The position numbers and the translations under genes were made by a program. A stretch of 63,982 bases of DNA, counting the filler, from Stramenopiles sp. TOSAG23-3 (lineage: Eukaryota), in NCBI GenBank assembly GCA_900128585.1. It is 4 parts of 4 records of this genome, joined end to end, with 100 filler letters (N's around TTAATTAATTAA, not from the genome) between each part and the next. Parts side by side here need not be neighbours in the genome. Positions count along the whole stretch, not along the records: positions 16,112 to 32,065 come from LT642504.1; positions 32,166 to 48,105 come from LT642505.1; 2 more parts are not named here. One strand, written 5' to 3'. Of this stretch, positions 31,981-43,700 are shown one piece after another (within the stretch, counting starts at the first letter, position 1; each line of letters starts with the position of its first letter). The notes under the pieces were generated by a model, which saw only the letters and a list, made by a program, of their open reading frames with translations, was not told the DNA's origin and did no database searches.

Positions 31981-32065
31981 TTTTATTTGCCAGTTGGAAT
32001 CTTGACCAGAACTTGGGGGAGACATACGAATACGCCCTGAAGTGGAAAATCCATGATACTCTTAG

Positions 32066-32165
32066 NNNNNNNNNNNNNNNNNNNNNNNNNNNNNNNNNNN
32101 NNNNNNNNNTTAATTAATTAANNNNNNNNNNNNNNNNNNNNNNNNNNNNNNNNNNNNNNNNNNNN
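32066..32165. other. Artificial contig-joining linker
   Basis: 44N-TTAATTAATTAA-44N. Confidence 0.97.
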
Positions 32166-32321
32166 TCTTTTTCCCCTTTTTGTTGTTGTAAGAAACACTT
32201 CCTATACAACTGGATTGCCTTGTATGATCGACCAACTGCACAAATGGTCGATCAAAGTCGGACACGAGTAAGAAAGTACAGGCACACAAGCAAATACACA
32301 ACGAGGATTTCGATTATTTTT

Positions 32322-33845
32322 ATGCTTCATTCAAAGAAAGAAAATAATGTTATAAAGAAGGACAGAGAGAAAATGGATCCCTCGTTTCTGTCCGTGCCGA
32401 AAATCGTAACTTATTTGAAGAACAATCGAATCAAAACCCCAGATGTATATAAACGGGGATGGCAGTTGTACAAATCCATTACTGAAAATAACAGGCATCG
32501 CATAGACGCACACTTAAGAATTCTGTATCGTGCTCAAACGCCTGTCCCGCTTTTGAGAGCGTTCTTGTTTTCTTGCACTATTCTGGAGGTAGGCGAAAGC
32601 GGCGCTGTAGAAGAATACCACTGCGGCGTATACGTCAACGCGTCCACCCAGCCCACCTCGATTCAAATGACAACTTGCTCGTGCTTATCGAGTGCAGAGG
32701 CGGACGCCGGGACTACTTGCATGCATGTCGTGACCTTGCTGAGCTACGCCCGGGAGCAGCCACTGAGAGTCCGAAAGACAAATGTAGACCCGTCCGAGGC
32801 CTTGGGCATGGGCGGGGCTTGGAAGATTAAGCTGACTGACGAGGGCAGTGCTGGCCAGCACGTGCTTTTGCCCCCCGGAAAAGATTACATTCTGGGCCGA
32901 ACAAGCCCCGAGTTTATTTCCTGCGCCAAGCTTTCAAGGGATGCCTTTGTGTCAAGGCGCCAGCTTGTCTTGCACAACGATAGAACAAGTTGCCAGCTGT
33001 TTTTAAAGCAGGTCTCCACCGTGAACAAAACCCAGATTAGAATACCCGTGTCGGTGGACCACAATAGCGCCTACATTACGTTTCGGGCAAGCCCTGGCGT
33101 TCCAATTAACCTTTTCCCAGAATGCCAGTTTTTCCTGTACGCGGATCGGCACAGCTTTGCAGTCACAATTGCGCAGCCAAGCAACCCGCCTGCACCTCCA
33201 CGGGCGGAGCAGGCCGTCGATTGCGAAGGGTCGTTGCCGTCCACGTCTCATTCACAGGCCTCCCGCCCCGAACGCTCTGTGGCAAAGGCCAAAGAGTTGC
33301 CGTTTGATTTAAATAATGTGGAAAGGCAGATGGAGTGCAGCATTTGCGTTGATATATTGTATAAACCCGTTGCATTAGTGTGCAACCACAAATTTTGCCG
33401 TCAGTGTTGGTATGAATGGGCCATCCAATCGTTGAAGAAAGACGATGTAATTTTGTGTCCGGAGTGTAGAGAGAAGCAGAAAAATGCGGACCCACCTTTA
33501 GATACGGTGACTTGCGGTTTACTAGAAATTCTGTTCAAAAAGAATTGCGAGGCACGAAAAGCAGAGGAAGACCCCCTAAAACTTGCCGCCATGAAGACAG
33601 AACTTGTGGAGATGAACGAGATCGCCAAAAAGAAGAGAAAATCCAAGAGGACCTTTTTGTCTGGCTTCAGTGGGCGTGGTTCATCCGCGGCGAACACTCC
33701 TGGCGGAGGAGGACCCTCTGCCTCCTCTGCCACCCCAAATCGCAAACGGGCGAGATCCTCGCATAATCCTCGGGGGAGTGCGAAGGGAAAAACGAAGAAA
33801 AAAAGGAAGAAGAAGCGCCAGATGCAATTGATAGATCTCTGTTAA
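32322..33845 (+). CDS. SWIM - FHA-like - RING E3 ubiquitin ligase (CHFR/RNF8-like architecture)
   Basis: CSC-x10-CMH (SWIM); ILGR..VSRRQL (FHA, PNK/aprataxin type); CSICVDILYKPVALVCNHKFCRQC..CPECR (C3HC4 RING); basic NLS tail. Start is ATG 32322 or 32373. Confidence 0.8.
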   Translation: MLHSKKENNVIKKDREKMDPSFLSVPKIVTYLKNNRIKTPDVYKRGWQLYKSITENNRHRIDAHLRILYRAQTPVPLLRAFLFSCTILEVGESGAVEEYHCGVYVNASTQPTSIQMTTCSCLSSAEADAGTTCMHVVTLLSYAREQPLRVRKTNVDPSEALGMGGAWKIKLTDEGSAGQHVLLPPGKDYILGRTSPEFISCAKLSRDAFVSRRQLVLHNDRTSCQLFLKQVSTVNKTQIRIPVSVDHNSAYITFRASPGVPINLFPECQFFLYADRHSFAVTIAQPSNPPAPPRAEQAVDCEGSLPSTSHSQASRPERSVAKAKELPFDLNNVERQMECSICVDILYKPVALVCNHKFCRQCWYEWAIQSLKKDDVILCPECREKQKNADPPLDTVTCGLLEILFKKNCEARKAEEDPLKLAAMKTELVEMNEIAKKKRKSKRTFLSGFSGRGSSAANTPGGGGPSASSATPNRKRARSSHNPRGSAKGKTKKKRKKKRQMQLIDLC

Positions 33846-34615
33846 ATCCATTGAAGGTAGCAATTCATTTCTATTTGCCTACTGCTCTCGTAATAAACTT
33901 AATAAACTGATGATGAAAAAAAGTGAAACTTGAAAGGTCAATTTACCAATCATTATTTGTATTTTAAATCGTACTTTTTGTTCACCGAAGAACTGTAATG
34001 TTCACTTCCTAAATACTAATAAAAGTGGTACAGGTAGATACCACTACCGGTATTCATTTATAATAATAACAGGGGAACATTATCTGTATTAATATTATTA
34101 TTTATACCTGTATTAGGGCTAATAATAATATCGTATTATTATTATTATATTGGACTATATATAGTCTAGTCTCTATAAGTGTACGTTATTATTATCGTTA
34201 TTTTTCTTCAACAACAACACAGTTTCTGTTAATTTCAATCCTCCTCCCTCCTCTCCCTGTTGTCCTCTTGCTTATTAAATGGAGGAAGGAGACAAAACAA
34301 ACAATTTGTTTTTTTGCTTGCAGTTCGACTACCGTACCAACATGCCAGAAAATGCTAGAGTTTGTAGGCGGCAGGAGTGCCGCTGCTGGCGATTTCCATT
34401 CTCGTTCAATTTTCAAAGCTTGCTACCCCCCTCGACAAGCTTTATTGCCATTCACGAAAAAAGAAGGTTGCCAGCAAAGCTTTCCCGACACGTCTGTTTG
34501 ACAAAACGTGCAAAACAAGAGGGTCGCAGAAGCATAGTGTTTGCAGAGCATTGGTCACAGCTTTCAAAGGTGCTTCGTGCACGCAAGAAACGATCGGAAG
34601 CGTCAATAGTTAAGA

Positions 34616-36874
34616 ATGAGCAAAAACCCAGAAGCAGAGCTTGACATTTTCACAGATGAGGAGCGGGAAACCCTGAAGCAGCGAATAAACGTGGGTGAGC
34701 GGGGCAAGGATGATGAGCGGATATTTGTACCTAGAGGTCGAATGGTAAAACAAAACCTCGACAAAATTTTTAATAAAGACGTTTCATGTGTCCGGGACAA
34801 AGGCGGGGACGTCATCTACCCGAACGACTGGGTGTTGGACTGTTTGCCGCATCCCGCCTTGTATTACATAGTGGAAGCGACAAAGATCGAGCCGCGAATC
34901 GACCCAGAGGAAGATTTGTACTACTCTGGGACTTCTATTCTTTTAATAGAAAATGTTCCGGAAATGATCAACAAAATTTCTTTAGAGTGCTGGTTGCGTT
35001 TTGGGCTGGGCGAGTGCGACCCGCCACTGCAACGTTGTTTGGCAGAAATCGAAAAGCTAGAAATGGGCATAGTTGCCGTAGAGCGGAAGTTGCAGAAAGT
35101 ACCGTATCTGACTTTTCAAGGGGAAACGGAGAAGGGGCAGATGAAGGAAAGGCAGCGAATAGGCGGTCTTCTAAACGAAGAGCGATCGAACTATGAAGTA
35201 AACCTTGACATGGAAAAGGATAAGTTGGTCTCTTTAAAGAAGCGGCCAAAGACTAAAATAGACCTGATCAGGCTCGAAACGAACAAACAGACGAAAATGT
35301 GCACATGGCACATGGTTTTCCCAGGGGAGGAACGAGCGCACGAACTTTCGACCGCGTTGGCAATGAAAGAGGATTGGGGGGAAATTTCTTTGGTTATGGA
35401 GGGGTACAGAGGAGAACGACCGTGGGCAGGCCGGGGCGAGATACCTCCCGAATCCGACCCGTCTTTGTACGTGAACACTAGATTGGTAGAGGTAGTGAGA
35501 GAAATGCATGGTCCGAAGGCCTGCACGTTTTATTTTCCTAACGGGGACTTGTTTCATGGGGGGTTCAAGTATGGAAAAATGGACGGTTACGGGGAGCTGT
35601 ACATGAAAACAGGGCGCTATGAGGGCGAAATGAAGAACGACAAGTTGCACGGAGAGGCCTACTACGTACTTTCGAATGGAACGCAATACGATGGTGGATT
35701 TGACAAACCCAACGCGCATGCACTGTCGTTGATCGACGGGGACGAGTACGGCGGGGGGGTGATGCATGGAAAAGGAAAAATGAATTTTCCAGATGGAGCC
35801 GTATACGATGGCCATTGGAGAAATGGGAAAGCGTGTGGCCCGGGAAAGTACACCAGCAAAGAAGGTAATGTAAAGGAAGGAACATTCGAGGATGGAATGC
35901 TTGAAGGGAAAAATTGTTCCGATTCGTACGTTGAGGGCGCGTCGTTCATGGGCAACTTCCATCACGGGCGTTTGCAAGGGTACGGGGAGTCTGAATTCGT
36001 CGGGGGCCACAAGCACCGCGGGTACTACGTCGACGGGAAAATGGAAGGGTTTGGAGTCTATGACTATGACAACAACGACCACTACGAAGGGTACTATAAG
36101 GACAACTTGAGGCATGGTCACGGAATGCTGTCAGAGGGAAACGTGAAACAGGTGTTTGAGAAAGGCGTCGAGTACTGGCGATACGATCACAGGTATTCTG
36201 GAGTTTTCAAGTTTAATAAGATTCGAGGTAGGAACACGATTATCATCCCCATTAGACTGAGCAACAAGAGCGATGACGTCAGCAACACTGTGCTGTCCTA
36301 CACCACATGCAACAAAAGCCCGGGGTATCCGCGTTTGATGGAACTCCCTAAGCTGGAACTTCGCGCCGACCGTCGCTTCCGGAAGCGGCAAGAGCGACGC
36401 CACAACGAACATAAAAAAATAGTCGAAAAATTAGAAGGCCTAAATTTTCGAAATTTCATGCGTGCCAGGTTTCGTTCTCGCGTATTAATTGAAGAGTCTG
36501 CAGATTTTGTCGATCGAGTCAAGACCCAAATAGCTGCCGATAAAGCAAGGGACAAAGCCCGCAGACACAGGGAGGCGGTTGCAAGGGCTTTGCAGGAGCG
36601 TCAATTTGGCGGAGGAAATGGAAAGGTTGAGGTAGTGGAGGAAGAAGAAGACGATGAAATCATCAACCAGCTACAAGAAATGATAAAGAAGCTAGAAATG
36701 GTTGAAATCATGCGCCATCCTCCGAATAAGACGTACTTGGAAGAGACCTTGGACGAAATGGAAATTCAGGAAGAAAATTTCCTGCAACAGTCTAAAAATA
36801 AGCTGGCGAGCAAAAAGCGAAGAAGGAAGGGCAAAGTATCGGACGATCAGGATGCCTCCCAATTTAAAAACTAA
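34616..36874 (+). CDS. MORN-repeat protein with coiled coils
   Basis: About 10 repeats of YxGxFxxGxxxGxG (e.g. YDGHWRNGKACGPGKY, YEGYYKDNLRHGHG). Confidence 0.88.
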   Translation: MSKNPEAELDIFTDEERETLKQRINVGERGKDDERIFVPRGRMVKQNLDKIFNKDVSCVRDKGGDVIYPNDWVLDCLPHPALYYIVEATKIEPRIDPEEDLYYSGTSILLIENVPEMINKISLECWLRFGLGECDPPLQRCLAEIEKLEMGIVAVERKLQKVPYLTFQGETEKGQMKERQRIGGLLNEERSNYEVNLDMEKDKLVSLKKRPKTKIDLIRLETNKQTKMCTWHMVFPGEERAHELSTALAMKEDWGEISLVMEGYRGERPWAGRGEIPPESDPSLYVNTRLVEVVREMHGPKACTFYFPNGDLFHGGFKYGKMDGYGELYMKTGRYEGEMKNDKLHGEAYYVLSNGTQYDGGFDKPNAHALSLIDGDEYGGGVMHGKGKMNFPDGAVYDGHWRNGKACGPGKYTSKEGNVKEGTFEDGMLEGKNCSDSYVEGASFMGNFHHGRLQGYGESEFVGGHKHRGYYVDGKMEGFGVYDYDNNDHYEGYYKDNLRHGHGMLSEGNVKQVFEKGVEYWRYDHRYSGVFKFNKIRGRNTIIIPIRLSNKSDDVSNTVLSYTTCNKSPGYPRLMELPKLELRADRRFRKRQERRHNEHKKIVEKLEGLNFRNFMRARFRSRVLIEESADFVDRVKTQIAADKARDKARRHREAVARALQERQFGGGNGKVEVVEEEEDDEIINQLQEMIKKLEMVEIMRHPPNKTYLEETLDEMEIQEENFLQQSKNKLASKKRRRKGKVSDDQDASQFKN

Positions 36875-36967
36875 AGTCTAGAAACATAAAATGAGATGTA
36901 CTTTACACAGATCAAATGGCCTGCACCAAAATCTAACGGATCACCCCGACATTTTTCTTAAAATTAG

Positions 36968-37207
36968 TCAAGCCGATTTCGTTTCTGTTTTACCCTCTGC
37001 GGGGGGCGGATTCAAGTAATTAGGGTTGTTTCTGTGCATGTACCGGGCCAGGTACAAGACCGGATTAAATTCTTCGCCTCGACGATCGTTTGTGCTTTCC
37101 GCATTTTCGTCCAAAAGGCAATCTTTCTCTACTTTTCGAAGCAACTTTTCGACAGCTTGTTCAAGCACTGGCATGATGATCTCCAAGGTCTCCTTTGACT
37201 TGGACAT
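36968..37207 (-). CDS. Small Dpy-30/RIIa-like dimerisation-docking domain protein (79 aa)
   Basis: IIMPVLEQAVEKLL...FNPVLYLARYMHRNNP pattern; ATG start; convergent with the MORN gene. Confidence 0.72.
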   Translation of the reverse strand: MSKSKETLEIIMPVLEQAVEKLLRKVEKDCLLDENAESTNDRRGEEFNPVLYLARYMHRNNPNYLNPPPAEGKTETKSA

Positions 37208-38103
37208 TTCCTAATAATAATTTTTATTTCCTAAATACGAACAACGATTTTATCTGCACGAGACAAAAAGGGACAGACGTAACATCCTTTCTAAAGAGAT
37301 ATCAACCTTCTAATCGTTCAATAATTTACCCCTTTAACTTAACATATTATCTAATAAAGAAACAACCAAAACAAACTTCCCGTTCGAAACAATTTTATTT
37401 CACCGCCAAACTCTCCTTTCTACAGGTAAAAGGTATCATACGTACCGGTACTGTACCACCACCTACTACTCTATACCTCTCCTCCTCTTCTCATCGTACA
37501 TCATATCACTCATCAACCTTTTGCCCGTTTCACATTCTTCTTCTTTTCTTCTTCTTTCTTCTTCAAAATAAAATATGATGATGGATAAAGCTATAAAGAA
37601 GAAAAGAATCTTATTAGACTAAGGAGTATTATACTTCAAATAATAGTAATAAAAACATAAAACATTATATACACAATACAATATATTCAATATATATTAA
37701 TAGGATAAAATATAATTAGTCTATATGTTTATACATATTATAATACACGCTCTTTCCTCTGTCCTGTCAACCTCAGTACCGTACTCAGTAGTCTTCTACC
37801 TCAGTCCTTCTTCTTCCTTCCTCCAGCCTCCAGCCTCCAGCTCCAGTGCCTTCCGGAGGGGTTCGTTCGTCGTCGTCGTCGTGCCAACACAAAAAAAAAA
37901 AAAGCTCAACCAACCAATATTAATTGAATGATTGTGACAATAAAAAAATTAAATATTGTTATTTAAAAACTATTATATAGATGATCCCGGGTCGATATTT
38001 AAATCTATTTAGGTATTAACCAACACGCACAAAATTTAGTACAGATCGACCGCGAAGATTTTACGCGTTTGGTTACTTCTCTCCCCCATAATACAAAAGT
38101 AGT

Positions 38104-38886
38104 ATGCGACCTCTCCTTCTGGTCAAACGTTCGGTGCAGCGCGCCGTCGTATCTGGCCGTATCAACTTTGTTTCCACGGCGGCCTTTCAACCACACCGAG
38201 CAAGTATAGGTTTGCCTTTGTTCGCAAGGAGTAGGACAGGCGTGGCCAGTCTAGTAGCACCACGACGACACTTTTCCAAGGAGAGTGGTGGATTTTTTTC
38301 TGGTATCAGGGACAAAATATCTGGGAAAATGGAAAATAGACAGGACAAGCTGGAGAAAGACAACTTTGATGTTTACATGAAAGAGTTGCTTAAAATGAAG
38401 AAACCATTTTCGATGTCAAAACAGAAAAAACTTTTGAATGGCATGTTAACAGAATCTGGTCTAGACGGAGAGAGTTGGAAAAGCTATATCCCTGGCGTAG
38501 AGAAGCAGGAAGGGGTGAAAATGATCCGACAACAAATAGCCGTGATCGAAGCCTTTTCGGAGATTGAAATGTCGGACCCGACAAAGATCGATGACGATGC
38601 CAAGCTTCGCATTGCTGCCGACTCTGGCCAGTCTCTGGCTGCCGTGAACGAATTCATCCAGAGGTACTACCAGACTAAAATGATGCATAAATGGTTAAAA
38701 AAGAGGAACGAAGAAGGGAAGGAGACGCCAACGTCGCAAGTTGAGCTACAAAAATTATTTCAGCACCCAACGGAGGGTGGGTTGGACCTAAACTTGATGA
38801 TGCAAGCCGCCGGCGGTAGGGAAAAGTTTACGAGGTATTTGAAAAAGGAAATGGACAGGAGAGAGAAGGAGAAGGACTTCAAATGA
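38104..38886 (+). CDS. Putative mitochondrial protein with a stand-alone SRP54/Ffh M (signal-peptide-binding)-like domain
   Basis: Arg/Ser-rich acid-free presequence ending RRHF|S. IAVIEAFSEIEMSDPTKIDDDAKLRIAADSGQSLAAVNEFIQRY parallels the Ffh M-domain pattern AII.SMT..E..NP..I..SR..RIA.GSG.....VN.LL..F. Confidence 0.7.
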   Translation: MRPLLLVKRSVQRAVVSGRINFVSTAAFQPHRASIGLPLFARSRTGVASLVAPRRHFSKESGGFFSGIRDKISGKMENRQDKLEKDNFDVYMKELLKMKKPFSMSKQKKLLNGMLTESGLDGESWKSYIPGVEKQEGVKMIRQQIAVIEAFSEIEMSDPTKIDDDAKLRIAADSGQSLAAVNEFIQRYYQTKMMHKWLKKRNEEGKETPTSQVELQKLFQHPTEGGLDLNLMMQAAGGREKFTRYLKKEMDRREKEKDFK

Positions 38887-39137
38887 GCGTTCAAAACCCT
38901 TCTTCTTTATTCTACATTTGACGAGTATTGGAATTAACGATACTTCAAGTCATTTTCTCTCAGTATAAACAGGCGTTTAAAATTTCAACAACATTAATTA
39001 TTATCATATTTTCAATTGTTTTATGGCAGCCGGTTAGTATATGATCGTAAACAAACAAGAGCACAAGCAGCGAGAGAGGTACTTCACAATACAAAATAGT
39101 ATTAACTATTAAAAATAAAAAAAGCAATAATAGTCTC

Positions 39138-40221
39138 TTAGCTTACTACTAATTTTTTCCCACCCCGTTTCTTATTGCACTCTTCCCCCCAATTACGAAC
39201 TAACTCCTTGTTCTGTTGACTAACGGTTTGGTTGTAATTTACCATATATACATCCAACGGAAAATCCATGAAAAGGGAAAGCGCTCGTAACACAGCCGAG
39301 GAAATCCATTGCGTGCGATTACCAAATGCGCCCCCCCCCCACAGAGGTCAAGTAGACTCGTACCCGTTCGTTTCGTTGTACTGCTAGCAACGCTGAGGCA
39401 GCCAGTGTTGATTCATAAACACTATCTAGCACCAACGATGCAAACGGCCTCCAATCTGTAGATTTTGTACTTTTTGTATACGCGACAGGGCAAGCAGAAA
39501 CAAAAATTTGACAAACCCGATGTGGATTATATTCGTTGCTGGTTTTCTTTGTGGTTGTCTTCGTAACTTCTGTTGACCAGTGTATCCCGACTTTAATCAT
39601 TTCACGTAGAGCCTTTACCAAGCTTTCATCTTGACCCAGTTTCACGTTCAAAGAAGCCATACTCTCGTGAGTGTTCGGCAAACAGTAGCCGTTTTTAACC
39701 GTCCAATACGGAAAAGTTTTCTTTGGTTCAGTTAATAGTGCCTCCACGTCGCTTAAACAGTTTATTTGACCATTGGAACCGTTCGTCGCAAAATAGTTTC
39801 GGTACACGGTTGCTGCTGAGCAAGCCAGCGCACATGCCGGCCCCTGTGTTCTATCGATGGCATATTGTGTAATGCCATGTTCAGGGGTGACCCCCGGCCC
39901 AACCATCTCTAAGCAGTTGAATTGTGAAGCGGCTTGAAAAACACTTCCAGAAGATTCACTTTTCTTATGGATTGTATTAACAGAGCCGCATACCACTGAA
40001 AATTTAAGTTGGCCAAGGTTTTCATAATTTTCGTCCCGGGCTGTATCGCTCAGCCTAGCTTTTAATTCAGCAAGAGAAAGAACCTCGAACTTCCCAACAT
40101 GGAATTCTCTGTTGTTGGCACTACTTTTTAAGACAGTAGTAGCAGGGTCGAACTGAAACCTTTTCCGAGTCTCAGCATACCCCGACTCCTTGAACCCAAA
40201 GGTATCTTTAAAGTAATTCAT
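39138..40221 (-). CDS. Uncharacterised conserved protein (QAASQFNCLEM...TQGPAC...GGGAFGN), broken by one extra G in a G10 run
   Basis: The ORF stops at 39319. Removing one base from the C10 at 39331-39340 restores VGGGAFGNRTQWISSAVLRAL...LDVYMVNY and extends the frame to TAA at 39138. Likely ATG at 40221. Confidence 0.75.
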
Positions 40222-40746
40222 ATCGCGTAGTCTGCGAACGACAAGATTCGTGTATGACAGGAAAGAAACTAGTTTTACGAACGATGTAAACATTCATTGC
40301 AAACTTTCTTTCTGCTTTTGGGCTCATTCTTCGTACTACGAGGACACGAGTCTACGATTTCACCACGGTTTCTGAGAGGATAATAATAATAATAATGCAC
40401 CACCACACTGCTGATGATAGATGAAGAGAAACAAGGAAGAAGAAAAGAAGGGTTGGTGGAGCTGTGGGCTGTGGGCTACTGTGCTATTAATATGCTACTA
40501 TGGTGTACGTAAAACAAAAAAAATCGAAGGTTGTTGTCTCCCCAACAACAATCAATTCGACTAACCCTATCCCAAAGACTGATGGGTGGAACAGCAAAAA
40601 AATAATACAATATAAGAAGAACCAAAGAAGTGAATTAATTGTTTTTGTATATCTCTATACTATATAATAGATAATAATAATACCAAGGTACTACGGTACG
40701 AAAATAGAGAGAGAGTAAAAATAATAAAAAGTACTGTACATCTCCT

Positions 40747-43700
40747 TCACTCTTCTGCAGGAGCCTCTTCGCCATTTCCTTCACTCTCAACCCTATTTCT
40801 GTACGTAACTTGCAGCCGCTCCATTGCTTCCAAATGCTGCTGGCGCAGCTTTTCCAGGCGATCGGATTTCCTTTGCTCAAAGTTCTCCAGGCGACTTTTG
40901 ATTGCTTGTTGCATGGCTGCAACCGTCTCCCCCGCACGCTTTTCTTGCTCCATCCACTTTGCAACAACATTCTTCTCGAATTCTTCATCAAATATTGTTG
41001 TCGGTGCTGACTTCGGAACATCTCTAATGACAGGGACGCTATACTTTTCTCTTCCGCGCACAGCATTCTTTACCCTTTCACGGCGACTTTGTTCTAGTTC
41101 CCTTTGCTCCTCTTCTAAGCCAGCAAAGCCATCAACTTCAGGCACTTCTTCTTTCTCCTCCCCGTTTTCTTCTTGTTTAGACGCCGCCTTTTGCTGTAAA
41201 TAGTACTCCCGGTTCGAGCGCGCCATTTCAGCACGGCCAGGTTGGGCTTCCTCCCATCCATTCCGGATGGCCAGCAATTTATTTTCCTCTGTCCGGTCCC
41301 TCGACAGGGCGAGCGTCGACTTGGAAATTGAACGAAGGTTAAAGGTGAAATCCGCAGGACTGTTATCCCCGGGCTGGCCGGTTGGATAATGGTAGGGTCT
41401 TCTGGATTTCAAATCATCGCTGACTTGAAAAAAGTGAGTATTCAAAACACTCTCTACAATTATCTTGCCTTTGTATATTTGGTTGGGATCTTCATCATCG
41501 GCCCCTTCCTCAACTTCCGTAGTGAGGGGAACGTCCAGCAAAATGACATTCCCACGCCCACTTTTTTCTGCAACGGTTGCTTTCGTCGTGGGGTTAATGA
41601 CACGCAATATTGCATACGCATTGGGGTCAGACAGTGTCAAGCGCAGGGAGCCCCGAGGGTTGGTGTCGGACTCATCTGGTTCTACAATTTCAATGACGTC
41701 TCGCATAAGTCTGAAAAATTTGTTTGGAATATAAGACCCTAAAAAATCCTGCGTGCTTCCAACCGGCATTTCTGTAAATTCTAACAGCTCGCGGTTTGAC
41801 ACAAAGTACATTTCCCAAGCTAATGCGGGCAAGGGGGTGCCCAGTGACTGACAAATGGCAAACACCGTGTATCCGGCTGAGTTTGGTTCGAGGCGCCTAT
41901 TGGAAAATGAGAGAAGAGGGCACTTTGTAATCTTTTTGGTGTCACAATCTAGAATGTATAGCGATACGAAGCGTTGCAAAAACGGATTTTTGCACAGCAA
42001 GTTGCAAGACAAACTGGTGGTATCTTCTTCACTTACTTTGAACGATGTACGACTTAACACTGACCATTGCTCCGGATGAGTATTTTTTGTTCTTCCCGAA
42101 ATTTCTGTCACATTGTGCTTGTACACATCACGAAACAATTCAGAGTACCCGAGGACTCTAACTGTCTGCTTGGAACTGAACGTCACGTGGACCCCGCCAA
42201 TTGTATCCATTTCAATGGAAAATATTTGCGGAGTCTCACGATCCCCCGGAAACAATATTGGGAAAGAGCCACTGCCAACGTTTGTGGTGCTTAGCGTAAA
42301 CAAAACGCTGTCACTTACCACCATGAGGCCGTCCTCACCTAACGAACAAGAACGGATAGTCAACGTCGATTTTTTAACGTCAACAGGACTTAAGTCCGCG
42401 CTCAACGTTACCCACACCGATAAATATGGGTTCTCGTTCGGGGCTTTTGTCTCTTGCTCCGCTGGAACTTCCTCCGAGGGAGGACTCTCTTCTTCTGTTT
42501 CAGCACTTTCCTTTCCTGGAAAATACAAAAACTGCGGTCCTTTCCATTCTGTTTTGGCGGGCATCCATTTTCCAGCCTTTTCTGGAATTAGATTGACTAC
42601 CACAGTAGATTCATCAGCTTCTTCATCTGCCACCGGATCTTCCTCTGCTTCGCCCGTTTCCACCGCTTCGTCAACCCAGGTCCAGCCCCAGTGCTTTTCA
42701 CACACAACTTGATTCGAAAAGAATTTAGAATTGTTGGGATCAATTAATGAATATGTTCGCTTTGAGAATTCTTTTTTGATTCTGTTGATGTTCATCCATC
42801 CACTCTCAAAATTTTCGGCATCTTTCACTGTAGTGGCCATGCGAACCTCTCTATCATCGGAGTTGTCTTCTTCGTCATCGTCCTCGGCAGCTTTTGCTAG
42901 TGCAGCAGCGGCGGCAGCGGCAATTTCTGGATCATCGGACACCAGTGCCGCAATGTTTGTATCGTCGTCCCCGCCTCGGGTTTCCATCACCACAGCAGCG
43001 CAGCGGGCTCGCAGGGTCGGGCAACGTTTTTCCTCGTCTACAGGAATTGCAACATCCTCGTCCACGACAATATTATCATCAAAATCAAGCATCGTGTCAC
43101 GAGATCGCCCCATAATTATATAGATAGCCCCTGGCCGAATGTCTTTCGGTGGTTCTTCTACTGGTTCTTCGGTTGCAGCCTCCTCCGCCGGTTCAAGCCC
43201 CATCGCTGCTTCCTCGGCTGCCTTCTCAGCCTCCATCGCCGCTTCCATTTCCCCATCGTCATCAAAGAATCTTGGAGACCGTGGGGATTCACCAGCATCA
43301 TCGTCATATTGAATTTTTGTGTGTGGAACATCGTGCATCAGCAGCGGCCAACCGTTGTCGTTGCTGTTGATATCCGTTGGGATGGCTACCAGACCGGTAA
43401 GGTGATGCAGTAGCTTCAGGGCATCGTATTGTTCCCATCGACCTTGAACTACGGTGACGAGGGCTTTGCTCAGTATAAGTGGCCACAGTTCAGCCTTATC
43501 GCTCGACCGACAGAGCACCGGGGACCCATTTGACGCTAGTAGCGGAACTCGATCATCCACATCAATACGCCTCCATGCCCCATTTACAAACAGTCTAACG
43601 CAGTAGCGGCCACCTGGGTTGAACCTTGGCGTCACTCCGTCTTCACTTTTTGGATAAATGGCTTCCCATAAAAACGCGCCCTTAGGGATCATGTCCGCTT

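Noticed and set aside
35234-36121. Long antisense ORFs (295 aa here; also 47263-48090, 52162-53001, 59841-60563)
   Set aside because: Shadows of GC-rich or repetitive sense genes, with no recognisable domains.
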